DNA of 59,975 nt, the filler included, from Asterionella formosa (Eukaryota): the NCBI GenBank assembly GCA_002256025.1. It is 11 parts of 11 records of this genome, joined end to end, with 100 filler letters (N's around TTAATTAATTAA, not from the genome) between each part and the next. Parts side by side here need not be neighbours in the genome. Positions count along the whole stretch, not along the records: positions 1 to 5,145 come from NKIB01013086.1; positions 5,246 to 10,644 come from NKIB01013087.1; positions 10,745 to 16,133 come from NKIB01013088.1; 8 more parts are not named here. One strand, given 5' to 3'. Shown here piece after piece: positions 1-12,571 of this stretch (the first letter of the stretch is position 1; every line of letters starts with the position of its first letter). The notes below the pieces were generated by a model. That model did not search any database. It worked only from the letters and a program-made list of their open reading frames with translations, and was not told the origin of the DNA. Position numbers and translations under genes: made by a program.

Positions 1-30
1 CGAGAACAACAATTAATCGATATTAGCATA

Positions 31-1326
31 CTATTTTGTGGTACCAATTTCATCTGCATATTCTATGTTGTGGTCATGTGTTCCAACTTCAGATGAATTT
101 TGAGCCTTTTGCATTGCTTGATATTGTCGTCGGTGAAGCTCCATGGCGAATGTATGGATTTGATTGTCATATTTGACATACTCCCTGAGAATTTCCATGA
201 ATTCAGGGTCTTTCTCGAGTTCTAAAAGGACAGCAGAGGAGGACAGGATGGACTTATTGACTTCCTTGCTCTGCATTTTTCCACTTTTATCTTTCATGCC
301 GAAGAACTCAAACATACTGGTCAGTTCATTGTTGCGATCCAATGTGTATTTCATTAGTTCCATCGATTCTGACATTCGCTCAACAATTCCAATAACGATT
401 TTGGATTGAAGGAGGTTAACCATTGTCAGATTCACGCGCTGCTCTCTAGTGAGCTCAATACCCTGGTTACTAAAATGTTCGATTTGTGTGGGTGAAATCA
501 AATACGAGCTGTACTTCTCATAATACTTTTTCTTCGACCTTTCGTTGATGACGAAGGCCTTAATCTTGAGTATGATTTCTTCCATCGTTAGTTTCGGATT
601 TTTGTACAGAACTCCACTCACGTATTTTCGAGAGGCGTCTCTAAGAAAGACAAGGTACTGTGCATCCACTTGTTGGCCCTTGTGGTTTTTCCACCCAAAG
701 TCACTACCCATGGGCAAGTGTCCACCCAAAATATCAATGTGTTGTTCAAGATATGTTGCATTTATTGACTCGCCTTCGGGGATGGGTAGCATGTTCTGCT
801 CTCTTCCAAAGGCTTTCTTGAGTATACACTGATTCCCTGCGCGGCGACCTTGGTTGTTTCTCCACGTGGTTCTCATTCTGAGAGAGTCCACTGACAGTGA
901 GGTGCACGATACGACAATGGCCAATCCAGCATTGCAGTGGTGAGAATACGCCTGCAGTATTGAGCGTATCGTCGACCCGGCAGTTTTGAAAACGTGTACA
1001 AAGACCAACTTCTTGTCAGATCTATCCTGATCTTTGCATTGCCATATCTGTTCCAATGAAGGGTCGTATTGCTGGTCGATATCGGGCACGACGAAGTTAG
1101 TTGAATTGTTTACCAAGTGAAATTCAGCACGCAACAGTTGGGCTGGTCTGCGATACAAAATTGCTTCTACAAAGCTGTCTTCCCTTTCAATCGATTCTGG
1201 TGATGCATGGAAAGTAATTAGCCAGACTGAGACTACCACAAAAGCGAGCAACGACACCTTGTTGACAGTTCGTTCCGGAGGCTTGACTGTCTGATTTCTG
1301 CCACGTATATTCTTTCCCGCAGCCAT
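31..1326 (-). CDS. Type II membrane (Golgi-type) sulfotransferase family protein
   Basis: 5'-PSB-like motif FVHVFKTAGSTIRSIL, 3'-PB-like FLRDASRKYVSG and a single N-terminal TM helix (VSLLAFVVVSVWLITF). ORF is open from 1440; ATG at 1326 (MAAGKNIRG) is the more likely start. Confidence 0.75.
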   Translation of the reverse strand: MAAGKNIRGRNQTVKPPERTVNKVSLLAFVVVSVWLITFHASPESIEREDSFVEAILYRRPAQLLRAEFHLVNNSTNFVVPDIDQQYDPSLEQIWQCKDQDRSDKKLVFVHVFKTAGSTIRSILQAYSHHCNAGLAIVVSCTSLSVDSLRMRTTWRNNQGRRAGNQCILKKAFGREQNMLPIPEGESINATYLEQHIDILGGHLPMGSDFGWKNHKGQQVDAQYLVFLRDASRKYVSGVLYKNPKLTMEEIILKIKAFVINERSKKKYYEKYSSYLISPTQIEHFSNQGIELTREQRVNLTMVNLLQSKIVIGIVERMSESMELMKYTLDRNNELTSMFEFFGMKDKSGKMQSKEVNKSILSSSAVLLELEKDPEFMEILREYVKYDNQIHTFAMELHRRQYQAMQKAQNSSEVGTHDHNIEYADEIGTTK

Positions 1327-4300
1327 TTGCAAGGACTGCTGATGCTTGGACAATTTCAAAGTATTAGACAAGGTGCAGCGATAAATTGTGTCTGAACTCG
1401 CAAGAATCATTTGAGCAACACATGGACTTGATATCTTCATTCAATCCAAAGCCCGTTCAAAAATGTGTTTTATACTACAAAAGTATGTTTAAATATCGAC
1501 GGTTACCATACCAGGTATGATCTTGTTATATTTTACGTGGTATTTAGCATGCAGGTTACTGGTATCTTATACCATCGTCCCAGGGACACACATGATGTGT
1601 GCTGCAAGGTATGAACTACCGTACCCCTCGTAGTCTACCTAACCATATGGCACATGATAAGGACTTCTCGGAATACCGGTATGTGATACCGTTACTATGA
1701 TAATATCTACCGGTATTTTTTATACCGATTCCTGGTATATCGGTATGCTGAAGGCATACACGCCCAAGGTGGTCTCATGCCTGCGAGTACACATGTATAC
1801 GAGATGGCATGGTGCTGCGTACCAGGGTCTGGTTGAGCCAATTCACAACCTAATAGCTATCATCACACCATTCACTTACCTCCTGCCCATCATACAAAGA
1901 AATAATTTTTTTTAATATTTTCTATCTTCACATCGAAATTTGGAATGCATCCAATATTGCCAACCTTCAAAAAATATTTTCTAGATTTCATATGTTTGCA
2001 TTTTGCTTGCTTGGTAAAACAATTCACGCCAATTGCCCCTCAGTTTGTCATGCCTGGGATTGCCCAAATTGGCAGGGGGTCTACTTAAGGAAACCATTGT
2101 ATACACGCTACAGATTCGATTATTATAAAATATCTAGTATTCACCAAGAATCTGTTGTAATATACATAGATTTTGTTTGACTCCTAAAACACAAGGTCGG
2201 AAATCCAACTTTGACATAGTCAATCATCAATCATGCCCAATTTGAAGCTGAATGTGTTAATTGATGATGCCGGTAGCGATTCATCTTCAATCAGATGCTG
2301 TTTTTTGTTGGATTACTTGTCTTTTTGTGAGATTCACGTCGTTGCATCATACCTACTTCATCACAGTAGCGCCAAAATTGCTGTTCCTCCTCATTCAATT
2401 GATCTCCTTCTGAAGTCTCATCATTCATCGTCAGATTTTTTAGAAAGTGATGATTCAGATGATTGTTCATCAATAATATCTTTGATAGAACTTTTGGGAA
2501 CCAAGATTCTTGGGTTGCGACAGTAAGGGGTCAATTTCGAGCCATTATTGTCACTTTTTCACTCGTATTTTCAGAAGTTATGATCAGTTAGCTATTATTC
2601 AAAAAAATCATTTTTTACTACATAAAGATCAGATCAGCCGGATATGATGTTTCGGAAGCAAATTTTTATTGTGCTTTTGAGCTACTCCAAAATATCTATT
2701 TGCTCTGTTTTCATTCAATTTTCATCTAATTCTAGCTGACATACTGATTATTCTACAATGATGACAACGGGAAATAGCAGCCGGCGTTTCTCGCAAATAA
2801 CAGTCATGAAGACTGTTAAGCGCAAAGAGCCAGACGATGATAACCAGCGTGCTGCTATGTCATTGTGTGCACTAGAAAGGGAAAAGAAGATGGGGTAACA
2901 AGAGGACCAAGCCTTTGCTGGTCTATTAAAATTAATCATGTCCCTGATCTTTCAACAGTGATCAAAACAAGCAATAATCAACGGTTCGAAAGGCGTTACA
3001 AAAGATTTGATATTTTAATGCTATCATGAGACCAACCTTCAGCTTTGAACCGTTATATAATTCATTACATAATGGTATTATTTTGATCTCATTTTGCAAG
3101 CATATTTGTTGCGACTGTAGCAAGTGAGACTGCATTTGTCAAGGCTATATTAAGAACCCTTCTGCATGTGTAGGACACAAATGAAGCTTGTGCACTCCAT
3201 TGATGATGCTGGAAATGTTTAAGATTCATCATTCTTATGGTCCTCCAATTGCTTGTACATACAAAACACTGCTTAAGCCACTATGACAAGTTGACAAACC
3301 ATGCTATGCTTGCTAACCTTTGTGAAATCTCAGTTGATGAATAAATTTTTTCACATCTTTAACTTCAATTGTTGTCGTTCTACTCGTCGTCATATTTCTT
3401 GTGCAGCTACTGAAAAACTGTCAAATCTGTTTGTAACATTGTCGTTTTGAATTGTGCTTCTGTAAATTACAAGAAAAAAATCCGCAATTGGCGATTTACG
3501 TTTTCGTTGTTAATATAGTTCTTTTACAATAATTCTTCGACAACTGTATTTTTATGTCGTGCTTGATATATGAACAAAATAGGTTGTTCTCAATTTTCGT
3601 GGAGAAATTCGCTATTTTCATTATGGTCAAGGCTGAGACAACATGATGCTCAAGCCTCTCAAAACAACTAAACTACAGCGTTTTATACATCATAGGTACA
3701 AAAGATTTAATCTATTTCAGTAATCACATACCAGAGGAGGCTGCTAGTACTATGGGGGATACCTCGTGTACTCTGATGATGATCCTAGCCATAGTTAGTA
3801 ACAACTACATGATTTTGGTGCTGCCTGGCAGTTCCGAATTCCAAATCCCAATGATTTAAACAAGCAATAATGTGGAAAAGTCCATTTCAAGATAATGACC
3901 GGAGATTGCAGGTATAGTCCAGTGTTCATGCATACCCTTGTTATTTACAATATGAGTATAGCCCTTGTGGTTGATAAATCGATTGGATGATCAATCATTA
4001 TTTACTATGTCTTATTTGGTAATCTGCAATAGTTGAACAAACCGACATTGATATTATAGGCATATCTACTGTTGATACTGCAATGAACTCTGGTACCTCT
4101 CGAAATTGCAAATCCATGATCAAAAGCATCAGGAACAAGGGCAAGGTGCAGTAAACGATGATATTTACTATCAAGACAACATAGCTACTAGTCTTCTCGT
4201 TTCCAGCACTTTGTATCACAAGTACTTGTGGAGATTGCTACGAGCTGAATACAGGTATCCCTTCCTATCTTCAGCATTTTCATCCCAAGATCATAGCATA

Positions 4301-5145
4301 CCTTTCATCCTGACCAATTCAAGATCGTCGCACAATGATGTTGACAGGAGCAAATTGATAAAAGATTCATGATAAGGTAGCATTTGATATATCTACCAAA
4401 ATCTATCTATGAATATATGCTTTTTTATTAGTGAATGAATAAGGTCAAATTCTATTATTTCTGTTAATCTGTCTTGTTAGTTTACTATTGACAAAACGAA
4501 GAATTACTGGACTTTCAAAGCAAGAACAAGGTCGATTCTAGCTATCAATAAGGGTATATCATTTTCAAACCAATGATAAGAAGAAGGAAAAGTCAAATTG
4601 ATGTAAATACAAGCATCTTCGGATAGGAAAAATAGAAAATCAACACAATTGAGATATCATAAGTTTAGCAAGTCATTCCTCAAGTATTTTAGAAAAACAT
4701 GAGTGCAGAATGCCAAACTGGTACTGCATGATAAAGCTCGAGATAGGATACAGTATATTCTGCCATAAATATTATTGAATGTTGAAAATGATTCAATCTA
4801 GTATGCACTCTTGAAAATGGGCTAGATATCTGGGAAAAAGTACATGATAGGGTTGTGGTATAATTTTAACAGCAGTACCCTTGTGTGCATAGTGTTCCTT
4901 AAACATGACGTGATGTCAGGTCATGAATTCTTTTGGGAAGAAAGGGTAGTGTTGCAAAAGTCAAGTTAATGATTAATTAACTTCTTCGTTTACCCTATTA
5001 TTTCCCGCAAAATCAATAACAAAATGGACAAAACAATAGGGACATCAAAAAGTGCTCCAGATTGCTCACTTGCACAGCAGCTAAACAAGTAATATATTGA
5101 AAGTGTGGAGCATGGTATTTGATCAGTTTTCTACTAATGATTCAA

Positions 5146-5245
5146 NNNNNNNNNNNNNNNNNNNNNNNNNNNNNNNNNNNNNNNNNNNNTTAATTAATTA
5201 ANNNNNNNNNNNNNNNNNNNNNNNNNNNNNNNNNNNNNNNNNNNN
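5146..5245. other. Artificial contig linker N44-TTAATTAATTAA-N44 (stops in all six frames). Also at 10645-10744, 16134-16233, 21620-21719, 27105-27204, 32590-32689, 38069-38168, 43547-43646, 49025-49124, 54502-54601
   Basis: Identical 100-nt spacer occurs ten times. Intervening contig lengths do not increase (5399, 5389, 5386, 5385, 5385, 5379, 5378, 5378, 5377). Confidence 0.98.
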
Positions 5246-7525
5246 CAAAACCGATTTAACATGAATGATTTAACTCCCCAGGTGAAACAGGCCATATTGC
5301 ATGATGGAAAACTGATTGATGTTGTATGTTTTGATTTCATGGCTCAGGTTAAGAATCTCTTGACAAATGACACACTAATGTCACCACAAAATGTGTCATT
5401 TGATTTCGTCAATCCGTGTAAAGCACCACAACCCACCAGTGTCAGATCCGAATTTCACACTGGTACCTGGTGGATAGATGCGCATGAATATTTATGTTCT
5501 AAGCCAAATGACTTCCTTGTTCCACTCATGTTCTTTATTAACAAGACACACACGGTTGAAAAAGGAAAGTACACAATGGAGTCTGTCCTAATGTCACTTG
5601 GTATATTTACTACCAATGTGAGAAATAAGGTCAATGCATGGCGGCCAATCGGATTGATCCCAAAGCTGACTCATCAAGTCTATCTGAAATCCAGTCCCTA
5701 ACCCCTGATCAAAAGGAATCCGATTATCACGCTGTCCTTGGTGTGACTCTTGAGGGGGTCAAGAATGTCCAACAAGCTGGTGGATTCAAACACATTTTCA
5801 ATTTCGGAGGCAATCAATTTACACTTAATGTGAAAGTTCCGGTTGGTCTAATTCTCGGTGATGCTGAAGGTTTAGATGGACAATGCGGACGAAAGAAAAC
5901 ATATCTAAAGACTGCCAGAATGTGTCGTGAATGTGATTGTCCGTTTGATCAAACGGACAATCCATCTCATGAATGCAGTCCTGTAGGTCAAATTGATTAC
6001 GAGGAACTATTAATCCGGGGCATAAAAGATTTATTGGATAATGTGAGCCAAAAATTCATCTATCCCTTTTGGTGGCGATCCTCTTGGTGTTAATGGGCAC
6101 GTTCCTCCTGAAAAACTCCATTCCTTTCAAGAAGGAATAATGGATCACCTCATGGAGCTATATTCTTGTATGATCGGGCGCCCCAAAACAGTAAAGGGTA
6201 ATTCCAATCGAAAACTGTTTGACCAGTTGTTCAACAAAATATCTAAACTCTTCCTTCACCAGAGTGACCGAGACCTTCCTCGTTGTTCCTTCAATTCCGG
6301 CTTTCATGGTTGCAAAACGAAAATAACTGCTAACGAAAGAATCGGAGTGATGCTTATTGCCTGTGTTGTCATGGCATGTGATGCTGGAATCAAAATCTGC
6401 CGAGAAGAAAGTGGTATGACCAATCAAGAAATTCGAAACTTTCAAGGTCTATTCGAAGGGATGCTCTGCTGCAATGCCTGGTTTAGTAAAGAGAGTTTTG
6501 ATGTGGGAAATTTACCACAGGAACACCAAAGCGTTGTCAACTATTTTACTAAGCTGGTTAAAGAATGCCCGAGAACAACAACCTCTCAGGGATGGAAGCT
6601 TGCGAAGTTTCATCAACAGATGCATACTGTAAGAAACATTCATCGTTTCGGAAGTCCACAGGTTTTTAATGGAGGCCCAATGTAAAAGAATCTTTAATTC
6701 TTGTGTAAATTACCAGCCAGGACTTTCCAGAAACGCAAAGATGTGATGGATATTCAAAGTGGGGCGAGAATGGTGGAGAACATGGTGATCGGAACCGCTT
6801 GTAGTCAGTTTCTTGGCGAAGATATTGGAGATTTACAATACAAGTTGGAAGTTGTCCCAGTTGACATTGGAATTGTGAAATCCAAAACAGGAGGTACTCG
6901 ATATTCTCTTCTGATTGAAGAAGATGGAAATGGTGAATTTGAGATTGCCAGGGTTTCATCATCATCAAGTAGCATCTGCAAAACTGAGGTTGACCGAGAT
7001 CTGGTGCGAGTTCTAGGCGCACAACTCCTTCCTTTCATTTTGTCAATGGATATTGAAGTGCTGTGCGACCACACTCGTAGTGACAACGTAATATTTCATG
7101 CCCATCCAAGCTACCGTGGAGGTCATTCCTGGTATGATTGGGCAGAGTTTGCTTGGTTAGATGGAGAAACAGGAGTTGAGTCAATTGTGCTTGGCCAGAT
7201 CTACGGTTTCATTGAATTGGGATTAGGTCCGTCTTCGATCAATTTCACTGATCCAAGATTACCATAATCCTTGAGAAATCAAAGCCCCGGTGTCTTTGCA
7301 ATTATTCACTCTTGTAAATATGCCTCAGAACCTTTGCACAACTACTCAAGGTTGCTGTTAGGGGCTGATCTCACATTGGATCGACATGGAAACAAAGGAC
7401 TTTTGTTTGTTCCCGCGGATTGCATTCATTCTCCTGCTGTTGTTGTTCATAATTTAGGAGCCTCTCCAGGTAAGGTGATTCAAATCAAGCAGCAGTCTGC
7501 CTGGGCATCCCTATTCCATTTTTGA
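5246..7525 (+). pseudogene. Plavaka-like (CACTA-related) transposase, disrupted by frameshifts and stops, 5' truncated by contig edge
   Basis: Consecutive ORF pieces carry Plavaka-type blocks: EFHTGTWW, PLMFFI(N/D)KTH, SLGIF..RNK..AWRPIGLIP, ILGDAEG..CRECDCP, PPEKLHSFQEG, KFHQQMH..IHRFGSP..NGGP and FHAHPSYRGG..WYDW. Breaks near 5690, 6070, 6683 and 7265. Confidence 0.7.
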
Positions 7526-7749
7526 TTTGCTGGTTGATGCGATTGATTGCATAAAGCAATCTATGAAAGAAATGTTAAGAAAAAATTTGTAGTTGATGAT
7601 GTGGAAACGATTAATATTACTACAAAACCAACAAACAAGGGAAGTAAGGTAACATATAATTATCAATTTTTATAGAAATCATTAATCTCTTTGATTCATT
7701 AGTAAGGTAGTAGGAGATGCTAAACATTCACTCATTTACTCACAATGCA

Positions 7750-10644
7750 GATTCATAGTCAGAATCAATCACTTTGGATTTGTCCTCCTCATCTAACTTG
7801 GAATTCGATTTTTCACCACCAGTAGAGGTTTCACAACTAGTTGAGGACACAGCAGACGACGAGGTTTCAGAGGAGGATGGGGTTGTAGATGGAGAACGTA
7901 AAAGATTCTCGCCATCGGCAGGGACATGGATGAGAACTTTTCCTGGGATGGAAACATTCTCAGAGAGAATAGAATATTTTTGAAGGCCTTTTTGGGGATC
8001 GTATTACCTTTTTCTTTTTGAGCAACATTAACTTCATTCTTTGCAAAGAAAGGTGCTGGGACAGTAGGTTGGATTCTTTTGACGGATTTTTCAACAGATT
8101 TGAGAAATTCCAAAGAAGGACCATCCTCGGAGACATTGGAACTATCTTCGTCTTGGCTTTGTGAATTCAGCTTGTTGGTGTGCTTTGTTGGAGGCACAGG
8201 TTTGGGTACCGGTTTGACATGATCCTTCTTCTGGAGAATAAGACGATGTATACCCTTCGTGACCTCATCATCCTTCTTGTCGACCGCAGGCACCTCCTTC
8301 ACACTTGATTTCTGAACAGACTTGAGAAATTCCAACGAAGGAACATCCTCTGAGAGAATGGAACTATCTTCGTCGTCTTTGCCTTGCGGAATCACTCTGG
8401 TGGTATGCTGAATCACGCTGGTGATATGCTTGGTTGGAGGCACAGGTTTCAGACCAGGTTGGACATGATCCTGCTGGAGGGAGATAGAGTGTGGGAGCTT
8501 GATGATAGACCAGGTTTCACCTAAAGTTTCATCTGGGTTCGTATCTCACTGGAGGGTAAGATGTGGACCTTTCTCGACCTGCTTATGATCCTTGGAGTTG
8601 ATCCCAAGCAACTTCATATTCGATTTTTCAACAGACTTGAGAAATTCCAAAGAAGGACCAGCATCTGAGGCATCCTCTGAGGCGATGGAAATATCTGCTT
8701 TGTCTTTGCCTTGTCGATTAGCCTTGGTGATGTGCTTTGTTAAGGCCACAGGTTTGAGGGCAGGGTCCAATACTGGAGGTGCTGGTCGATGAACAAAAAC
8801 CACAGTGGTATTGCCACTGTTTTCCTTACGCGCATTTTTCTCTGATTGAGCTGCTGATTCAAGAATTGAATCATTAGTATTTGAATCATAATTCTTGGTG
8901 CTCCGGTCAAATCTCAAGTGGACAGGATTTTTGACTGGACTAGAAATATTGTTAAGCAAAGCTGGTGGAGTTGGGACCACAGCTTCTTTTGCCTTTACAA
9001 TGTTCTTTTCATTAGAAGAAATCAAGGTTTCTTGCTCGATGTTTTTACGTCCCTCATTGTTAATGTTGGTCAAAGGTGGTTCAGGTAGGACCTGAACATC
9101 AACAATTCTCTTGGAGTCAAACCTGTTGGAAACGCCAAAAGTAGGGTCTTGAAAACTGTGCATCCACTTTGCACTCTCTTTCACACCCTTGTTCCCAGTG
9201 AGAGGCGACTTGCTATTATTTTTCGTCAAATCTTCATTTGACGATGGGGACAACACTCGTTCCGCATACTGCAAGCACTCCTGACGAAATTGGTGGTAGG
9301 CTGCATCAGCCTGATAGAGCAAGCTTGAAATATTTGCTGTGTTAGTGACACCCTTGAAACTGCCTTGAGAGCTGAGCCTTTGAGTGGTGATTGCTCGGCG
9401 TGAAGCAAGAATTCCTGCTAGGTCAAATTGTTTCGACCTTATCCCATGGTGGGACAGGATGAGTTCCAGCTTGATCACATTCTGGTTACTTTTGTCGAAA
9501 TTGACAACAGAAGGTCGTTCAGGATTGACACAATGGAGGAGGTCATTCTTTGAGGCAGTTGCCTTTGACTCACTACTATCATCATCTGTTAGACTAATCA
9601 CATCATTGTCCTTGGAAGAAATTCGTGATTTCTTGGAAATAGAACTAGAAGGGGGCCAGGTAGCCTTTGATCGTTTCTTGATTATTGGCACAGCAACTTT
9701 TTGGGACTCCGGTTTGGAGACCAATTTGCTGGAGGTGGCAGCTGATTTGGAATCCGGTTTGGATAATGTTTTCCTGTTTATGGCAGCTGGTTTAGAGTCT
9801 GGTTTCGATACTTTTTTACTGGGAATCGCGGCTGGTTTGCAGTCCGATTCAGATTCTTTGTAAGGATTAGTTACAGGCATTGATGCAACATCTCGGCTCC
9901 TGGCTGTTGACTTCGCAGCGTTGTAAGCACCTGCCTTGGATGTGATGGCTTTGGTAGCATCATGCTTGGGAGTAGCCTTGGCAGAAGGCTTGAGTGCAAC
10001 AGCTTTTGCAGCAACAGCTCTTGGAAGAGTCTTCATCCTCGTCTTTGCAGCTTTCTTTGGAACACTCTTCTGCAACACTCGGGATTGGGCCTGTGTTGAT
10101 CCTGCTGTAACTATAGAAGCAGCCTTTTGCAAAGTGCCTCTCCTCGCACGCTTTCCGAGCGCATAAGAAGGCGCTTCCAAGCGGGCATACTCTGATCTGA
10201 TAGCTGCCTTCGCATTCATCACCTCTGTCAGGCGATGAATGCAAAAATAGAAATGTGTGAATGAATAAATGAATATGAATACAGCATATAAAGTAAACGA
10301 ACATACCTTTTGGTTGCTTGTAGATGAAACCCCCAATGGGAAGAAACATCGAGTACACATAGGCTTGCTCTTCCAATTGATGATCAAGAAGATCATAATG
10401 AGTGGCTGAAAGAAGACTCCCAGTTATATTTGTTCGCAAACGCACGATAGGAAAGGTCTCGAAATTTGCTGGTTCTGGCATATCAGGTCCATAATTGTAT
10501 GAATCAACATCGCCATCGTTCTTGTTCCTCTCATCATGAAGAAGGTTTTCAAGAGGATGATTGATCCTGTCCATCCAAGGAATAGGATTGCAGTGTACAA
10601 ATCCCAAGGATTTATACCACTCAACCGCATTGCCCAGCACCTGC
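7750..10644 (-). pseudogene. Large convergent partner gene of the Plavaka-like element: possible GNAT-like N-terminal motif, K/S/P-rich low-complexity body, three SLEFLKSV repeats
   Basis: GT-AG intron 10306-10225 joins the 10640 ORF (NAVEWYKSLGF) in frame to the 616-aa ORF. An in-frame TGA at 8548-8546 is followed by the same frame into ORF 8443-7793, with a probable frameshift near 7985. 5' end is cut by the linker. Confidence 0.55.
8085..8770 (-). repeat. Three diverged coding repeats (PV..TKH...D.S..SED.PSLEFLKSV.KS)
   Basis: Near-identical GA(C/T)TTGAGAAATTCCAA(A/C)GAAGGA at about 8097, 8318 and 8633. Confidence 0.8.
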
Positions 10645-11011
10645 NNNNNNNNNNNNNNNNNNNNNNNNNNNNNNNNNNNNNNNNNNNNTTAATTAATTAA
10701 NNNNNNNNNNNNNNNNNNNNNNNNNNNNNNNNNNNNNNNNNNNNATCATCATTTTGCAACACATTTTGCTTTGGTGTCAATTCTCCTATCCTACACCGTT
10801 AGTCCAAACCAGGATCTCCATATACCCATCAGCATAAGGTATCGGCAGACCACACATTTGTTGGACATTTTGCTACATTAGTAGACGATGCATATAGTTT
10901 ACCGTGTGTTGGAGAAAAGCATTCGGTGATAACCCCTTGCACTGTCGAATTGCTCAACGCCAGTGGCTGTTCAAGCAAGATATTCGAAGCGGGGCTTATT
11001 CAGGATCTGAA

Positions 11012-11977
11012 ATGAGCCAGAAATCGCTCAGTGTTACAATCATGTTGTTTTGCGTAGTAACTCGACGGACGACTAGCAGTGCGTTCACAATGTGTTCGGG
11101 CAACTCAATACGCCAAATGACATTTCGCACTTCATCCACGTTTCTTGATACAATTCAGCGAGACATTACCAAGGAACTTAACAAGCATCCTTCAGACCAA
11201 CCCCTACTTGCTCTGCCTCCGGAGACTCGCCAGTCCCTCAGCGTGGCCCGATCCGTGCAGTGGCGCATCGATGCCATTGACCGAAACAAGGATTGTCGCC
11301 GATGCTGGCTCCAACAGGCTCACTGTATATGCAGTCAATGTCCACCACTACAACCTCTGCCATTGATCAATCGCATTTTCTTTATCCTACACCACAAGGA
11401 AGTAGGACTCCTTGTGGATACTGCAAAACTTGTTTTGGCGGCCTACCCTGACCAGTGTCGACTTGTAGTAGGTGGTTTGGAAGACCAAGATGCTTTGAGA
11501 GAAATGCAGCAATCCATGAAACGAAGAAAGTGTTTGGTATTGTTTCCAACGGATGATGCCAAGACGTTTCAAGAGTTGAGTCAAGTAACGGAAGCAAACA
11601 TTGACGAAGATGACGGCGATTGGGATATCATTGTATTGGATGGCACATGGAGAGAAGCCAGACGACTGCATAGCCGCTATATCCCATTAAAGAAGGATGG
11701 AGGTCCTACTCGTGTTCAACTCAGTGATAGTGCTATCGCCATGCTCTCGTCCGTATCGCCAACGGGCGACAAAATGAATGCAGGCCATCAGCTACGACGT
11801 CATCCTACCTTTTGGCGACAAGTCAGTACGTTAGAAGCAACAAGACTAATATTGGATGACATGCTAGGAAACGATAAAACGGTCAATGATGTAAAATCTT
11901 GGAATATGCTAAGGAACTATCAGCAAATTGGAGATTTGGCCACCACAACCCAACTCGGACCGCCTCGAGTAGAATGA
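11012..11977 (+). CDS. DTW-domain tRNA-uridine aminocarboxypropyltransferase (TapT/DTWD2-like), probable plastid presequence
   Basis: CRRCWLQQAHCICSQC zinc motif, HHKE, LVLFP, VLDGTW (DTW motif) and STLEA. N-terminus MSQKSLSVTIMLFCVV...SSAF is followed by an S/T/R-rich segment. Confidence 0.85.
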   Translation: MSQKSLSVTIMLFCVVTRRTTSSAFTMCSGNSIRQMTFRTSSTFLDTIQRDITKELNKHPSDQPLLALPPETRQSLSVARSVQWRIDAIDRNKDCRRCWLQQAHCICSQCPPLQPLPLINRIFFILHHKEVGLLVDTAKLVLAAYPDQCRLVVGGLEDQDALREMQQSMKRRKCLVLFPTDDAKTFQELSQVTEANIDEDDGDWDIIVLDGTWREARRLHSRYIPLKKDGGPTRVQLSDSAIAMLSSVSPTGDKMNAGHQLRRHPTFWRQVSTLEATRLILDDMLGNDKTVNDVKSWNMLRNYQQIGDLATTTQLGPPRVE

Positions 11978-12571
11978 GCGTTTTATGGTTATAATCATGT
12001 CTCAAGTCAAATGAATTGCTGAAAAGGTGCGGAAACCGATCCCGATGACAACGAGTGGAATAACAATGCGTTTCTCACATGCACGAGCATATCAACATCT
12101 GCAGGCTACTTTTGTGAAGATTCAAAATAGATTAATCTTGGAGAAATTAAAAAAAGGCAAATAAGGTTGAGGTACTATTCACTGTCTTGTCTGTTTCGAG
12201 GGCTACATTAGCCTTCTAATGCTGTCAATTTAGGATGTATAAACCAGTTAATTCCTTCACCCTACACTAACACGGATAGGATATGGTCACCATTCCACGA
12301 TCAGATTTGAAATTTAGATTGCTTATCGCGGTATCGTATCATACACGAATATCCTACCGCTAACTATGCATCAACTGTAACCCCGTTGTGATTGTTGTGC
12401 TGATTGTCTTTGAGTCAACCTAATTGTGACGTTGTTCCTAAGGAATTCTGTCCTTGGTAACTTGTTGCCATACACCTTTCGTGACATGTGCGTAAAAACA
12501 TCAAGAAGCACTTTTCTGCCATTTGACCGAACATCCTAGCAAGTTGCCTCGTCAAAGAAAATTTGCCAAAA

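Noticed and set aside
3700..4400. Possible Copia integrase remnant; similar faint TE-like debris at 27205-28400, 41250-41650, 42180-42420 and 52300-53150
   Set aside because: Too degenerate to assign by eye; needs tBLASTx against a TE library.
5190..5201. Regularly spaced TTAATTAATTAA palindromes (piggyBac TSD or periodic array?)
   Set aside because: Synthetic six-frame-stop spacer embedded in N runs.
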